From positions 14,942,001 to 15,006,000 of the forward strand of contig JBHGNT010000008.1 of NCBI GenBank assembly GCA_043228905.1: DNA of 64,000 nt. Reading direction: 5' to 3'. Of the stretch, positions 12,430 through 25,078 are shown piece by piece. The first letter of the stretch is position 1, and every line of letters starts with the position of its first letter. Below the pieces are notes generated by a model that worked only from the letters and a program-made list of their open reading frames with translations, was not told the origin of the DNA and did no database searches. The position numbers and the translations under genes are program-made. Source of the DNA: Azolla caroliniana. Taxonomy: Eukaryota > Plantae > Polypodiophyta.

Positions 12430-14111
12430 TGCCCTTATCTCCGACTCTTTTTGGGATCTACATTGATGAGATCACAGATTTTATTGCTCGTAAGGGAGGC
12501 AATGGAGTAGTCCTTGGAGATACGCAGGTGCGTATCTTGCTCTATGCAGATGACATAGTTTTGCTCTCTGAATCCGAACACGACCTACAAAGGCACCTTA
12601 ATGCCTTAGATGACTTTTGCACACAACGAGGATTGGTAGTGAATCTAGGGAAAACTAAAGTCCTTATCTTCCACATGTCGGCCCAAGTTAGAGCTAAGTG
12701 TCACCTAACTATCTCCCATAGCCCAGTTGAGGTGGTTGGATCATATGTCTATCTCGGAGTCACTTTCAGTGCCCGCTCAGGTAAATTTTCGATGACACAA
12801 GCAGCGAAGGATAGACTTACAAGAGGACATGCATCCCTCTCACTCCTCGAGAGACAATGCCACCAAGCATACTTCCAAGAGCCACGAACTAAAGGGTGGC
12901 TCTTTGACTCATTAGTGACTCCCTCTCTCATGTATGCATCAGCGGTTTGGGCCCTAGGACTACCATCTTTCATGTGGACGCAATTAGAGAGACCATTGGT
13001 GATGATGTTATCACGCCAACTCCGAAGCAAATCGTCGGTCCCACATGACATTATTAGGGCTGAGTTCACTCTACCCCCTATGTTAGTAGAAGCACTTTTT
13101 CAACTGGTAGTCTTTATACACAGGATACATAACCAACCACTTGATAGAATATCCCACCATGCCTTTAAGGCTTCTCGAGCATTGTATGAGTCCGGCTATA
13201 CTAGCTCATGGTATGGCATGATGGTGAGTTGGCTTCTTGCCAACGGTCTAGACATTACTAACCTCCCCCCCCTTAAGTACGACCACACGAATGATAACAC
13301 TTTACTCTCTCATGAGGACCGTAATAAAGTAATACGCCAAGAAATATGGCAAATTTATACCCGGTATAAATGGATCACCCCACTAGAGCCACTCCCATCT
13401 AAAATGTCGTACTATAAGGAACACTTTATGCACTTCTCTGAGTTAGGTTTTATCACGCGCCCAAAATATCTAGATGTATTCTTACCACATGCACTAAGGG
13501 TTGCCATTGGTCAACTTAGAATATCATCTCACCAACTTGAGATTGAGAATGGACGTACTAATGGAGTCCCTAGGGAGGAAAGGATATGTAGGTTATGCCA
13601 CATAGAGATAGAGGATGAGTACCATTTTACATGCAAATGCCCCACCTATGCCGAGATAAGGGCAAAATACCAAGACATACTTGGTTCCTCTCCCACCCTC
13701 CCTAAACTATTAGATACACTAGATATAAAGAAATTAGGTAGATACATCTTAGAATTGAAACACCACAGAGAGAACAAATTACAAAACGTTGATAATAATG
13801 TTGCTAATGTTTACCAACATATAACAAATGAAGTTTTTCAGGAACAGGGGGAGACAATGAATGTCGACACACCTGCACCACTCGGACTTCTCCTTGATGA
13901 AGCAGAAAATCAAAGAAGAACCAAACGCCCTCGGATGCCGGGTTTCAAAGCAACTCGACGAGATGTAGAAGCAATAAAGAAAATAAGGGAACGTGAACTA
14001 CACCGCCTAGAAGCCATGGCTAGGGCACTCTATGCATCGGGACCATGGGTCACACCCACACCAAAAACTTTTGACCTCCCACTTCTTTTTGAGAGACTTG
14101 GGTGGAAATGA
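12430..14111 (+). CDS. LINE ORF2 C-terminal half (RT plus CCHC zinc finger), open frame
   Basis: Uninterrupted part of ORF 12297-14111; the first ~45 aa of that ORF are flanking host-element sequence. Confidence 0.85.
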
Positions 14112-14265
14112 GATTAGGCTTGGTGCAAAGTTTTGTACACTACTAGAACTTCCTTAGCTTAAGCTATTTTCTTTTATTTTTAGTTTTGATGATTGGATAA
14201 ACACTCATTTTTTGTTGTAACCTATTTGTCTCATGGGCCAAATTTGGCCTTAGAAGACGTTAATA

Positions 14266-14297
<32 letters not shown>
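12430..14297 (+). mobile_element. 5'-truncated non-LTR retrotransposon (LINE, RTE-X-like)
   Basis: RT motifs PLSPTLFGIY, LLYADDIVL, YVYLGV; C-terminal LRISSHQLEIENGR..CRLC..EDEYHF..C; (TTTC)n tail about 14268-14297. Confidence 0.88.
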
Positions 14298-14934
14298 ATA
14301 AAGGCAATCAATGAAATTTTAAAAGAAATCGAAGGGAAGACATAGAATTTTTCAAAATCACAATGGGACAAAAAGTCATCACTACTTACACTAATGAAAA
14401 ATATATATGTATACACATATACCCATAATCTTTTTAAACCCTTAAACGACTTTACCACAATGGACAAGCCGATTGGTATTTGATCCAATCATGCGATATG
14501 TTGACCGAACGAGAAAGTTCAGGTCAAGCCAGCTCCGATTGAGGTTATTGATCGTAGAGCAATAATCCGGTCGAGGGATTTCCGACCGTGAGAGGACAGA
14601 AGACTGATGGAGTTTTTGGCCAACGCGTGTTTGGCATGGGCTTTGTGGGATCAACGTGCAATGCACTGTCCCACGAGCGTGCCAGGTGTTACCCGTATAG
14701 GTGTACGGGAGGGTTAGGTGCAATGTGGAAGGTGGTGTGTATGGTGTAATATGAAATGTAAATGTGTGAGTGTTAGGTGGGGTAAGTAGGTATACCTACA
14801 TCCATTCGGCTTTTTATAATGATCACATCTTGTGCTATTTAAACCCCACATGTGGGGCATGAAAAAAAGAAGAGAGATATATTGAAGTTACCCTCAACTT
14901 GTGTCTATCTCGATTCCCTCTCTCTCAAGGAACC

Positions 14935-16715
14935 TTCGGAAGAAGGGGGAGCTTCCATGCCGAACAAGGTCAGCAAACGTGGCCCATCACTTGCAACTAT
15001 TGCGGCAAAATCGGCCACCGCGAAGAGGAGTGTCAAAAAAAGAGAAGTGAGTCGGCATCAACAAGCCGAATAACTCACAAATTACGCCACCAACTCCGAA
15101 TACGACCACTACGGTGGAATCTTCGTAATGAGAAATAGAGCGAACTCTATGTCGGCCTCCGACTCCACAAGCACCTCCAACTTGGAAGACGTTGTCGTGA
15201 AGTTATTGCTTCATGATGTCAAAACAATGTCAAAAATCTATAGAAAGAAATTTCCCATATGGATCTTGTGGCAATGAGCATATGCAAGTTTTCGGTTCAT
15301 GAATCGGAGTTCAGGAGCCCAAGATACAAGCTTCAAAAGGATTAATGTTACTCGAGACACAAATGTAATTATGTCAAAAGAGGGAGTCAAAATTAAATGA
15401 GGGCTACTTCTAGAATTTCTCAAATGTACAACTACAAAATCGAATTTGTAGAATCAATAAATAAAATAATATATATATATATATATATATATCAATACAA
15501 CCACCTACATGAGGCGGTTTGTCAACCACCTCAAGAGAGTGGTAGGGCGGTTGACCACCTTATATAAGCCCATGGTGGCTAGAGGGGAGAAGGAGAAAGG
15601 AAAAGAGGAAGAAAAAGCGAGCGAAGATGCTCGCATGGGTGAGCTCGCCAAAGAAGATGGTGACTTGCATAAACAAAAACAAAATTTTAAAAAAAGAAAA
15701 GAAAAGGAAGAAGTTGAAGTGGTGTATCACAAATGCCTCTCTGTAAACAAAAAGTTGTGAGTTTGAATCCTCTCAAAACAATTTCTCTTGGTAATCAAAT
15801 TTTGCAATATAAATTTGATCTGTATAAAGAGAAAGAGGAAAAGAAATAAAAAAATAGAAATCAAAGGAGTTGAAGTTGTCTATCTCAAACACTTCTTCTT
15901 AAACAGAGGTCGTGAGTTCAAGTCTGCCACGTAACTTTTGGCAATTAAATATTGTAAGTGGTGTTTTACAAATAAATTTCTTTTCACGACAACATCGCAC
16001 ATATCTTGCTTTCTCGGCTTCTTGTCATCGTGCCTTGTCATCCTGATCATCCCCGAGTCACAAAACCCCGGCGGTTGCGATGCACAACCACAATCTTCTC
16101 GACAACGCGTGGTTCGTTGATTCCGGCGCTTCAGATCGCATCACATCCCACGAAGAGTGGTTCAGGGTTCAGTGATTTGTGCACACCCCTTCGACTCGGT
16201 GTCATAGAGATGGGTGGCGACACCACACATCTCATTCGACACATCGGCAATGTCCCATTCGGGAAAGAAGGCTAGCAAACTTGCATCAAGAATGTCTTGT
16301 ACATGCCCACAATAACAAAGAATTTGGTCTCGGTCAGCCAAATCGTGGAGCAAGGCATGCAAGTCCGCTTCAACAACGAAGGTTGTTTCATCGAGAAAGA
16401 TGGCCAACTCATAGCCAAGGGATGGAGAGACGGTCGAATGTTCATCCTCGATTCGAACAAGGTGAAATCGGCCATGTATGCCAAAGGTCACAAAACCAAG
16501 ACAAGCATCAAGTTGTGGCACAAGAGAATTGGCCACATAAACCTCCAACGACTCGGCTTCGAGCAATGCAATCAAAGTGAGTGGCCATCAGACTCCCGAC
16601 CTTCGAGTGGTAACGAGTCGACCGAGTATGCAAAGCGTGTCAACTCGGAAAACAACATCGACTCCCATTCTGAAATGAGAGCTCGACGTCATACATTCGG
16701 ATGTATGGGGACTGG
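14935..16715 (+). pseudogene. Ty1/Copia gag-PR-GAGpre fragment split by a solo LTR
   Basis: CNYCGKIGHREEEC; frame LEDA|WFVDSGAS rejoins across 15193-16104; KNLVSVSQI; LWHKRIGH. Confidence 0.88.
15193..16104 (+). mobile_element. Solo LTR (TGTCGTG...CTCGACA) related to the Trp-primed Gypsy lineage
   Basis: TG..CA ends; flanks ACGT (15189-15192) and ACGC (16105-16108); terminal CCCCGGCGGTT motif is the reverse complement of a motif near the ends of related LTRs. Confidence 0.75.
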
Positions 16716-19698
16716 TGTCATGAGAATTCGTCACTATGTGCGGATCGTGAGACGGAACCGTCGGGGTTATGGACTAGAAGGAATTAGTACACACACGCAC
16801 AACACAAGCAAGATTCACATATAAGACAAGTAGATGAGAGGAAATATTCGTTTATTACAAAAGAAATCGATTCTTTATAAACTTAGAATCATGTTACAAT
16901 GGATTGGATATGAATATAAAATATCATTCTTAAAAAAGAAAGGAGCCAACAACCATGTAAGGAGTGGTTCGATATGAATAAGAGAGATATTTCTTCCCCA
17001 AGGAATCGGAGAGAGAAGAAGAAAGGAAAAAAAAGTAGAGGGAAAAAATGGAACATATATTGAGCTCTTTGTTGATCCCCCATGTTACTTTGCATGTCCA
17101 CTTTTAGTTGCATGGCCTCTACTTCTAGTTGGATGCTTCCATTTTTAGTTTCATGCCTTTTACTTTTAGTTGCATGGCCTTGGCTTTTAGTTGCATGCGA
17201 CCATCTGTATAATTTTCCCAAATGATTCAATCATCCATAAAGTTTAGCCCGTGCGCAATCCGTACGTGTGTCGCACCCAAATTGTAGACACATCCGCGCG
17301 CAAACGTCTCGACCGTGCAATGTATGCATCTGCGCACGCACGCGTCCCGACTGCGCAGTACGCATCCACGCGCTCGTCTGAGCCTCCCATGAGGCTGTGC
17401 ATGTGCGCGTCCGTCGGAAACGTCCACACGGTCATGCATGCATACGCCCAAAACTTTCACATGCACGTACATCCGAAAACGTGCACACGTGCGACCGTAG
17501 ACGCGTTTGCACGCAAAAGTCCCGACCACGCAGTGTACGCATGCGGCCACACGCGCGTCCCGACTGTGTAGTATACGCATCTGCATGCTTGTCAAAGCGT
17601 CCCATAAGGCCATGCACGCCCGTGTCCGTCCGAAACGTCCATCCACGCGTACGCCTAAAACTTGCACACGCACGTACGTCCGAAAACGTCTACGCGGCGG
17701 ACGCCCAAAACGTGGACACACACAGACGCCCAAAACATGCACGCCACACAGTCTAGCCCAAGTCACCTTGAACATTCTGTGCTCCACACATTGATATAAT
17801 AATTAGGTTTTGGCTTTCTATATATATTGGGGAATCCAATGTTATCCTATCTATGTGGGATATCTCAAAGTTTATTTTTTTCCCTTTTCTCTTCAAACTT
17901 CTCACTTGCATAACTTGATATTTGTTTATCCATTTCATGTGTAGTAAAATATGTTATGAAGCTCTTGAAGACATCTATCTTTCTATATCAATACATTAAA
18001 TTAATCTTAAATCATTATTTTACTAGTTTTCATATTGTGTGTCCAAAAGCACATGACATTCACCCCCACCAAACCTGCACATCCACCGGTATGTGCCAAT
18101 TGTGGTGATGTTCCTCTTTTAATTACTCTTTTTCAACCTCGATATTCGAGGCTACATCATCTAGAGCTTTGATCTCAAGATTTGGAGCCTCTCTTCTCTT
18201 AAAGATCTTGATCCTCTTTCCTGCAATTGGCAAGATAGAGTCGAGTTCCATCTAACTCCGCTAAAAAATAGGTTGCATTGTTTCCAATTTTATTAACCAT
18301 ATACGGGCCAAACCATTGTTTTGCAAACCATATATTGATTATCGAGACTACTATCATAGACAAGAACGATGCTTTGTATCAAAATTCTCCTTGTTCTTCA
18401 ATCGAGCCTAGCGTAACCATTTTATTGCCAACTCGACATCTTCAGGCCTCCGTTCTAATTGTTGAATCCTTATAGCTAACAAATCTTCTTGAATCATTTC
18501 ATCTTGCCATGGCAAAAATGTCCACGAAGCAATACTTTGTCGATAGGCATTATTGGTTTTTGCCCTAATATGAGTTCGGCCGGCATATATCATGTAGTCA
18601 TGCTATGTGTAGTTCTATCAGCCCACAATGCATAAGGTAGTAATCATGGCCAATTCCCCATCTTGCCGTCGCAAGCCTTTGCTAGAGCTTTTACAATCAG
18701 ACTATGTCCTCATTCTACCTTCCCATTTGCGTCCGCGTTGTATGCCATGGTGAGCGATAGTTTGACACCTATTCTTGAAAAGAACTCTTTAGCTTCATTT
18801 GCATCTAACTCTCTCCCCTATCTGATACTATTTTGCCAACACATCTGTATCGACACATAACATCTTCAAGGAGAAACTTACAAACCTTAGTGCCCATCCT
18901 TCTACTTGGTTGGTGAGATCCTCTCCTACTAGCACGAGATACTTCATTTGCCCCAATGACATTGGTATAACCACTATGTCTACCAACCACTTATAATGCA
19001 TTGATAATGGATATGTCGGATGAAGTTCATCCCTATGTTGAATATTCGAGTATAATTGGCATTGCTCACATGTTTCAACATAGCTTGCTACATCTTTGTA
19101 AACACCAATACTTCTCCTTGAGCTTTGCGAAAGTTGCCCATATACCTCAATGACCTGCCCACACACTATCATGAAATTCAGCAATTAGTGGTTGTTGATC
19201 TTGTTTCTTGCACACCACTCAAAGTGGAGTTCCATTCTTCTTCTTTGGAAACTTCCATAGATGTCCTTCTTTGAGGAAGAACTTGTAGGCCTTCTTCCTA
19301 ATTCGGTAGAAGTCTTCCTTTGACCATGATTCATCCTTTGTAAGAGAGCTTAAGTACTTGCCAATTTCGATGAACTCTCCCTCATAATCTTCTACTTTAA
19401 ACACTACTAGCACCCGAGCACAAGAAACCGTAAAGAAGTTTAGGCCAACATCCTCTTCGTCAGAGTGCAAATCTTCTTCACCCTCATACGTTGCCCTTGA
19501 CAACATATCGGCCACCACATTATGCTTTCCATTTATATGTCAAATCTCAGGGTTGAGGGACTTGATATAGGCAATCCATCGCAACATAGCAATATCCGGT
19601 GTAGGACAACCGGATATCATTCCGAGAATAGGTAGACAATCAATTTCGATTATGACCTCTGTTCTGATAAGGTAGTCACGATCGGTTTTAACCACTAT
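16716..19698 (-). mobile_element. 3' part of a Gypsy element (RH-INT remnant, PPT, 3' LTR 16716-18058)
   Basis: LTR TGTCATGA..CATGACA; PPT GGTGGGGGTGAA (minus) 18059-18070; ORFs 18828-19773 homologous to 30486-32741 (EDLTNQVEG, MLRWIAYIKS). Confidence 0.88.
17250..17750. repeat. GC-rich tandem repeat (~210-bp period) inside LTR
   Basis: CGCGTCCCGACTG near 17341 and 17554; CCGAAAACGT near 17473 and 17680. Confidence 0.7.
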
Positions 19699-20392
19699 CG
19701 TAAAGGGATACGTCTGATTGGTGCCACCACGATTCAACACTTGCATCTTGTCGAAAACAGCGCTCGGCCACAACCGAGGAATAGGATCAACTCACAGAAA
19801 ACAGGAAATACAAAATGCTCGAAGACAATAGAGAGAAGAGTACACAAGATGTTTTACGTGGAAAACCCTAAATGGGAAAAACCACGGGAGTCCTCAAACT
19901 CCAACTATCACTATACACAGAGATGTACAATGGTGAAGCTACAAGGCAACAACCTTGAGCTCACTGTCTTCGCCACAGGCGGCGGCAATACACAGAGGAG
20001 TCGACCTCTTCCTTTCTCTGTCTCTCTCTCTCTCTCGGCTGCTCTCACTTCGCTCTCTCGGCTAAAACATAAAATGAGCAACAACAAAAACTGTTTGCCC
20101 TAAGTCATATTTATACAACATATGACTTTCGGGCTATTTACAAATGTAGCCTAGAGAGCCCTTGGCAAACATATTCACAAATATGTCCCCGCATCCGGAT
20201 CTCTCTCCGGGGTCTTCATCATCTGGCTCCGTAGCCGGGGTCTTCATCATCCGGCTCCGTAGTCGGGTCTTCATCATCCGGCTCCGTAGCCGGGTCTTCA
20301 TCATCCGGCTCCGTAGCCGGGGTCTTCAATCCCGATTCCCGGACATCTGACCATCCCATCCGGAGGGACCGTAATCCCAACAAACTCCCCCT

Positions 20393-23300
20393 TCACTTCG
20401 GCATGGGATGTCTTTCCAGTCCGACCCTCTTCCGGCACGCTTCCAGCTTGTCGGGTGTGAGTACTTTGGTCAGCATATCTGACCCGTTCTCGTCCGTGTG
20501 GATCTTCGTCAGCACGAACTCCTGGTCTTCTATCCTTTCCCGGATCCAGTGATATCTTCGCTGGATGTGCTTCGTCCGGGAGCGATAGGCCGCATTCTTC
20601 GCAAGGTGGATGGCACTCTGACTGTCGCAGTAGAGTCGGTACTCCTCCTGCCGGATACCGAGCTCTCTAATGAAGTCCTTCATCCATATTATTTCCTTGC
20701 CGGCTTCAACAGCCGCCATGTACTCCGCCTCCGTGGTTGACAACGCAACCGTCTTCTGCAGCCTCGACTGCCACGAAATAGCTCCCCCTGCATACGTCAT
20801 CACATACCCTGATGTGGACCGGCTGGTATCTGCATCAGCCGACATATCCGAATCGGTAAAGCCGTCGAGTTCGGGCTAACCGGAGCCGAATCGAAGGCAC
20901 ACGTTTGCCGTGCCCTTCAGGTATCGCAGTATCCACTTGACCGCGTTCCAGTGCTCTTTGCCGGGATTGCTCATGTACCGGCTCACCACTCCGACTGCAT
21001 ATCCTATGTCCGGTCTTGTACACACCATTGCGTACATCAAGCTTCCTACGGCAGAGGCATATGGTATCTTCATCATATCCTCCTTTTCAACCTTTGTCTT
21101 GGGACTTTGCTTGCCGGATAACTTGCAATTTGCCGGGAGGGTCGATCCGACCGGTCTTGCTTCCGACATGTTGAACCGGTGAAGCACCTTTGTCACGTAC
21201 TTCTCCTGTGACAGCCACAACTACTTCTTCTTCCGGTCCCGGATGATGTGCATCCCTAGTATTTGCCTCGCCGGACCCAGGTCCTTCATTGAGAAGGTTC
21301 GGTGAAGCGCGTTCTTCAGCATCCGTATCTTGACCTGGTCCCGTCCGATGATCAACATGTCGTCCACGTACAGGAGGAGTATTAGAGAGTCTCCTCCTTC
21401 GAACTTCTTCACAAACACGCAGTGATCGGACTGCGTTTTGTGGTACCCTTCGTCGGTCATGAAAGAGTCGAACTTCCGGTACCATTGCCGGGGAGCCTGC
21501 TTCAGTCCGTAAAGGTCTTCTTCAGCCGGCATACCAGGTGCTCCTTCCCTTTCTTCTCGAATCCTTCTGGTTGCTGCATGTAGATCTCTTCTTCGAGGTC
21601 ACCGTGAAGGAATGCCGTCTTCACGTCCATCTGTTCTACCTCGGGGTCCATGCTTGCCGCTATGCTCAGCACCGTCCGGATGGAGGTCATCTTCACTACC
21701 GGGGCAAATATCTCGTCGAAGTCGACGCCCTTCTTCTGCTGGAACCCCTTCACCACGATCCTGGCTTTGTATCTCGGGGGGTTTCTGGCATCTCCCGGTT
21801 TCAGCTTGAACACCCACTTGTTTCGAAGTGCCCGCTTTCCTTTTGGCAACTCCACAAGTTCATATGTGTGGTTCTCATGCAGGGAATCCATCTCCTCCTG
21901 CATGGCACTTAACCACCTGCGGCTATGGTTGTCAAGCTTTGCTTCTTCAAAACTCTCCGGCTCCCCTTCGTCGGTTAGCAAAACGTGCTCTGGTTCCGGA
22001 AATCTCTGGGGGGCCCTTCTCTCTCTTAGAGGATATCTCCGTTCCGGAGCTTCGGTAACCGGCTCCTCCGTTTCCTCTTCATCCGAATCCATTTCGGGAT
22101 CGGGGCCGGTTCCGGTATCAGTTTCATCTTCCTCGGCCGGTTCTGTTTCTTCACCGTCTTCGGCCGGATCCTCGAGTGCTAACCGGTCCCTTGCCGGTCG
22201 GGACTGCTCTTCGTAGAGTTGATCCTCACCGGTCGACTTGGAGCTCTTCATCTTCTTCTCCGACTCCCAGTCGGCGAGTGTCTTGTCCTCCATGAAGATG
22301 ATATCTCGACTCCTGAATATCTTCTTGTCGACCGGGTCCCATACTCGGTAGCCGAACTCGTCGTCGCCGTAACCGAGGAATATGCAGGGCCGGGTCTTTG
22401 GATCTAACTTTCCTCTCCGGTCCTTTGCCACATGCACGTATGCGAGACACCCGAACACCTTCAGATGCCGGTAGGACACTTCCTTACCGGTCCACACTTT
22501 CTGCGGCGTGTCTCCGTCCAAAGGTACTGAGGGTGATCTATTTATCACATACGTCGCCGTAGACATTGCCTCAGCCCAAAACCCCTTGGGTAATTTCGCA
22601 TGCGCCAGCATACTCCGGACCCTCTCCATTATGGTCCGGTTCATCCTCTTGGCCAGCCCGTTCAGTTCCGGCGTCTTCAGCACAGTAAACTCGAGCCGGA
22701 TTCCCATCGAACGGCAATACTCCTCGAGTTGCCCTCGGTATTCTCCTCCGTTATCCGCTCGTAGTGCTTTCAGCTTCTTGCCGGATTCCCTTTCCACCCT
22801 CGCGTGGAGTTCTTTGAAGACGGACAATACTTGGTCCTTTGTCTTCAACGGTGCCGTCCACAGCTTCCGGCTGTGGTCATCAATGAATGTCACGAAGTAC
22901 TGGGCTCCGCCATGTGACTTCGTTTCTACTTGACACACGTCAGTGTGCACCAACTCCAATGGTGCGCTACGTCTCGTCGGTGGCCTTGAGTGGAAGGAGG
23001 TTCGGTTCTGCTTACCGGCCAGGCAATCGGTGCACTTCTCCAGGTGCACATGCTTCACTGGAATAAGGTTGTCTTCTGCAAGCCTCTTCATCCCCTTCTC
23101 ACTCATGTGGCACAGTCTCTTGTGCCACAGCTCACCGGCAGTGTCGGCTGCCACGTTCAGCTCCTCCGGACATAGCCGGGAATTCATCAGGTACAGTATG
23201 TTGACATTCCGGGCCCGAGCCACTATCAGGCTCCCTTTGCTGAACTTCATGACACCGTTCCGGATGCTACCCGTGTAGCCTTCATCGTCTAGCCTCCCGG

Positions 23301-24465
23301 CCGAAATCAGGTTCAATCGAACCTCCGGAACGTGTCGAACATCCTTCAGCAGCATCTTGCATCCGGTTGATGTCATCAGCCACACGTCTCCTATGCCGCC
23401 AATCCGGCATGTACCTTCATTTCCCATCCGGACACAGCCGTGCTCACCGGCTGTGTAGGATGAGAAGTATTTCTTCCCCGGGGTCAGGTGGAACGACGCT
23501 CCGGAATCAACCACCCAGGTCATCTCTTCACCGGCAAGGTTCAGCTCCCTCTCTTTGGTAATGAGCATTATCTCTTCTTCACTTGCCGCGAGTGCCGTCG
23601 TTCCTTTCCGGTCCTGCCCTCGCCGATCCGGACCTCTCCGGTCCGTGGCTCCCCGGTATGCACCGTTTCGCTCCGGTGACTTCTTCGAATCGGTACCGTC
23701 GGTTCCGTTGTCTTTCCGGAAATGCCGACAGTTCTTCTGGAAGTGCCCCGGCTTCCCACAGTAGAAGCATGTAGGTCTTCCCCTCGACTGCGACCGTGTC
23801 CCCGACTTCTCCCGTCTTTGCGGACTCCGGTTCCGTTGTCTTCCCCGTTCCGATTCGGTAAGCAGCGCCTTCGAGTCGGAGGCCGATTCTTTATCTCTCC
23901 GACGCGCTTCTTCATTTAGAATACTTGTCTTTACCGTTAGTAAAGACAAGTTCTCTTCCTTACAGGAGGTGCTGAGAGTAACTACCAACTTCTCCCAGCT
24001 CTCCGGAAGGGTACACATCAGCATGATGGCTTGCATTGCGTCATCCAACGGGAACTTGATCGCCGCAAGCTGGTTCACGAATCCCATGAACGTGCTGACG
24101 TGTTCGACCATGCTCTCGCCGTCCCGGTACTTAAGATTCACTATCTTCCGCATCAGGGAGGTCCGGGTCAGAGCATTCTTCCTCTCATACAGTCCGGACA
24201 GCTTCTGCCACATCTCATAGGCATTCGTATCGTTCGCCACATGTTGCAGAACACTCACATCTACATATTGCCGGATCGTCGCTACGGCTTTCCGGTTCAG
24301 GAGCTTCCACTCCGACTCTATTACCCCCTTGGGTATCTCTGCATTGTCGATCGGTTCGTACAGGTCTCGGACGATGAGAAGGTCTTCCATCTTTATCTTC
24401 CAGTCGGCGTAGTTCTGTGAGTTCAACACCATCATGCCCGGAGGCTCACTACCGCCGCCTTCCAT
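20393..24465 (-). pseudogene. Copia Gag-PR-INT-RT-RH polyprotein with one frameshift (~21510) and two stops (~21221, ~20876)
   Basis: CFYCGKPGHFQKNC; WVVDSGASFH; LWHKRLCH; ADNGGEY; YKARIVVKG; LLLYVDDML; TKHIQRRYHWIR. Confidence 0.95.
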
Positions 24466-24956
24466 TTTCTGTGTTAACCTCGCTCTGATACCACTTTGTC
24501 GAAAACAGCGCTCGGCCACAACCGAGGAATAGGATCAACTCACAGAAAACAGGAAATACAAAATGCTCGAAGACAATAGAGAGAAGAGTACACAGGATGT
24601 TTTACGTGGAAAACCCTAAATGGGAAAAACCACGGGAGTCCTCAAACTCCAACTATCACTATACACAGAGATGTACAATGGTGAAGCTACAAGGCAACAA
24701 CCTTGAGCTCACTGTCTTCGCCACAGGCGGCGGCAATACACAGAGGAGTCGACCTCTTCCTTTCTCTCTCTTTCTCTCTCTCTCGGCTGCTCTCACTTCG
24801 CTCTCTCGGCTAAAACATAAAATGAGCAACAACAAAAACTGTTTGCCCTAAGTCATATTTATACAACATATGACTTTCGGGCTATTTACAAATGTAGCCT
24901 AGAGAGCTCTTGGCAAACATATTCACAAATATGTCCCCGCATCCGGATCTCTCTCC

Positions 24957-25078
24957 GGGGTCTTCATCATCCGGCTCCGTAGCCGGGGTCTTCATCATCC
25001 GGCTCCGTAGCCGGGTCTTCATCATCCGGCTCCGTAGCCGGGGTCTTCATCATCCGGCTCCGTAGCCGGGGTCTTCAA
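24957..25078. repeat. 27-28-bp tandem repeat x4 in Copia LTR U3 (also 20209-20330)
   Basis: Unit GGGTCTTCATCATCCGGCTCCGTAGCC repeated head to tail. Confidence 0.9.

Larger units (their letters stand above)
10616..14935 (+). mobile_element. Largely non-coding LTR-element segment (family X copy 1): CGGCCGAG-rich repeats, GAA-rich tract, tRNA-Arg-like block, LTR from 14687; interrupted by a LINE
   Basis: Homologous by eye to 42927-44800 (e.g. 14503-14600 vs 44471-44555); TGTTACC at 14687 and CTATTTAAACCCC near 14835. Confidence 0.55.

Noticed and set aside
15981-15995. TTCACGACA at 15991 as the end of the solo LTR
   Set aside because: The host Copia frame only resumes after 16104, where a second terminus and a matching TSD occur.
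20209-20330. Regular 27-28-bp repeats resembling a CRISPR array
   Set aside because: No unique spacers; present in both Copia LTRs; eukaryotic context with no cas genes.
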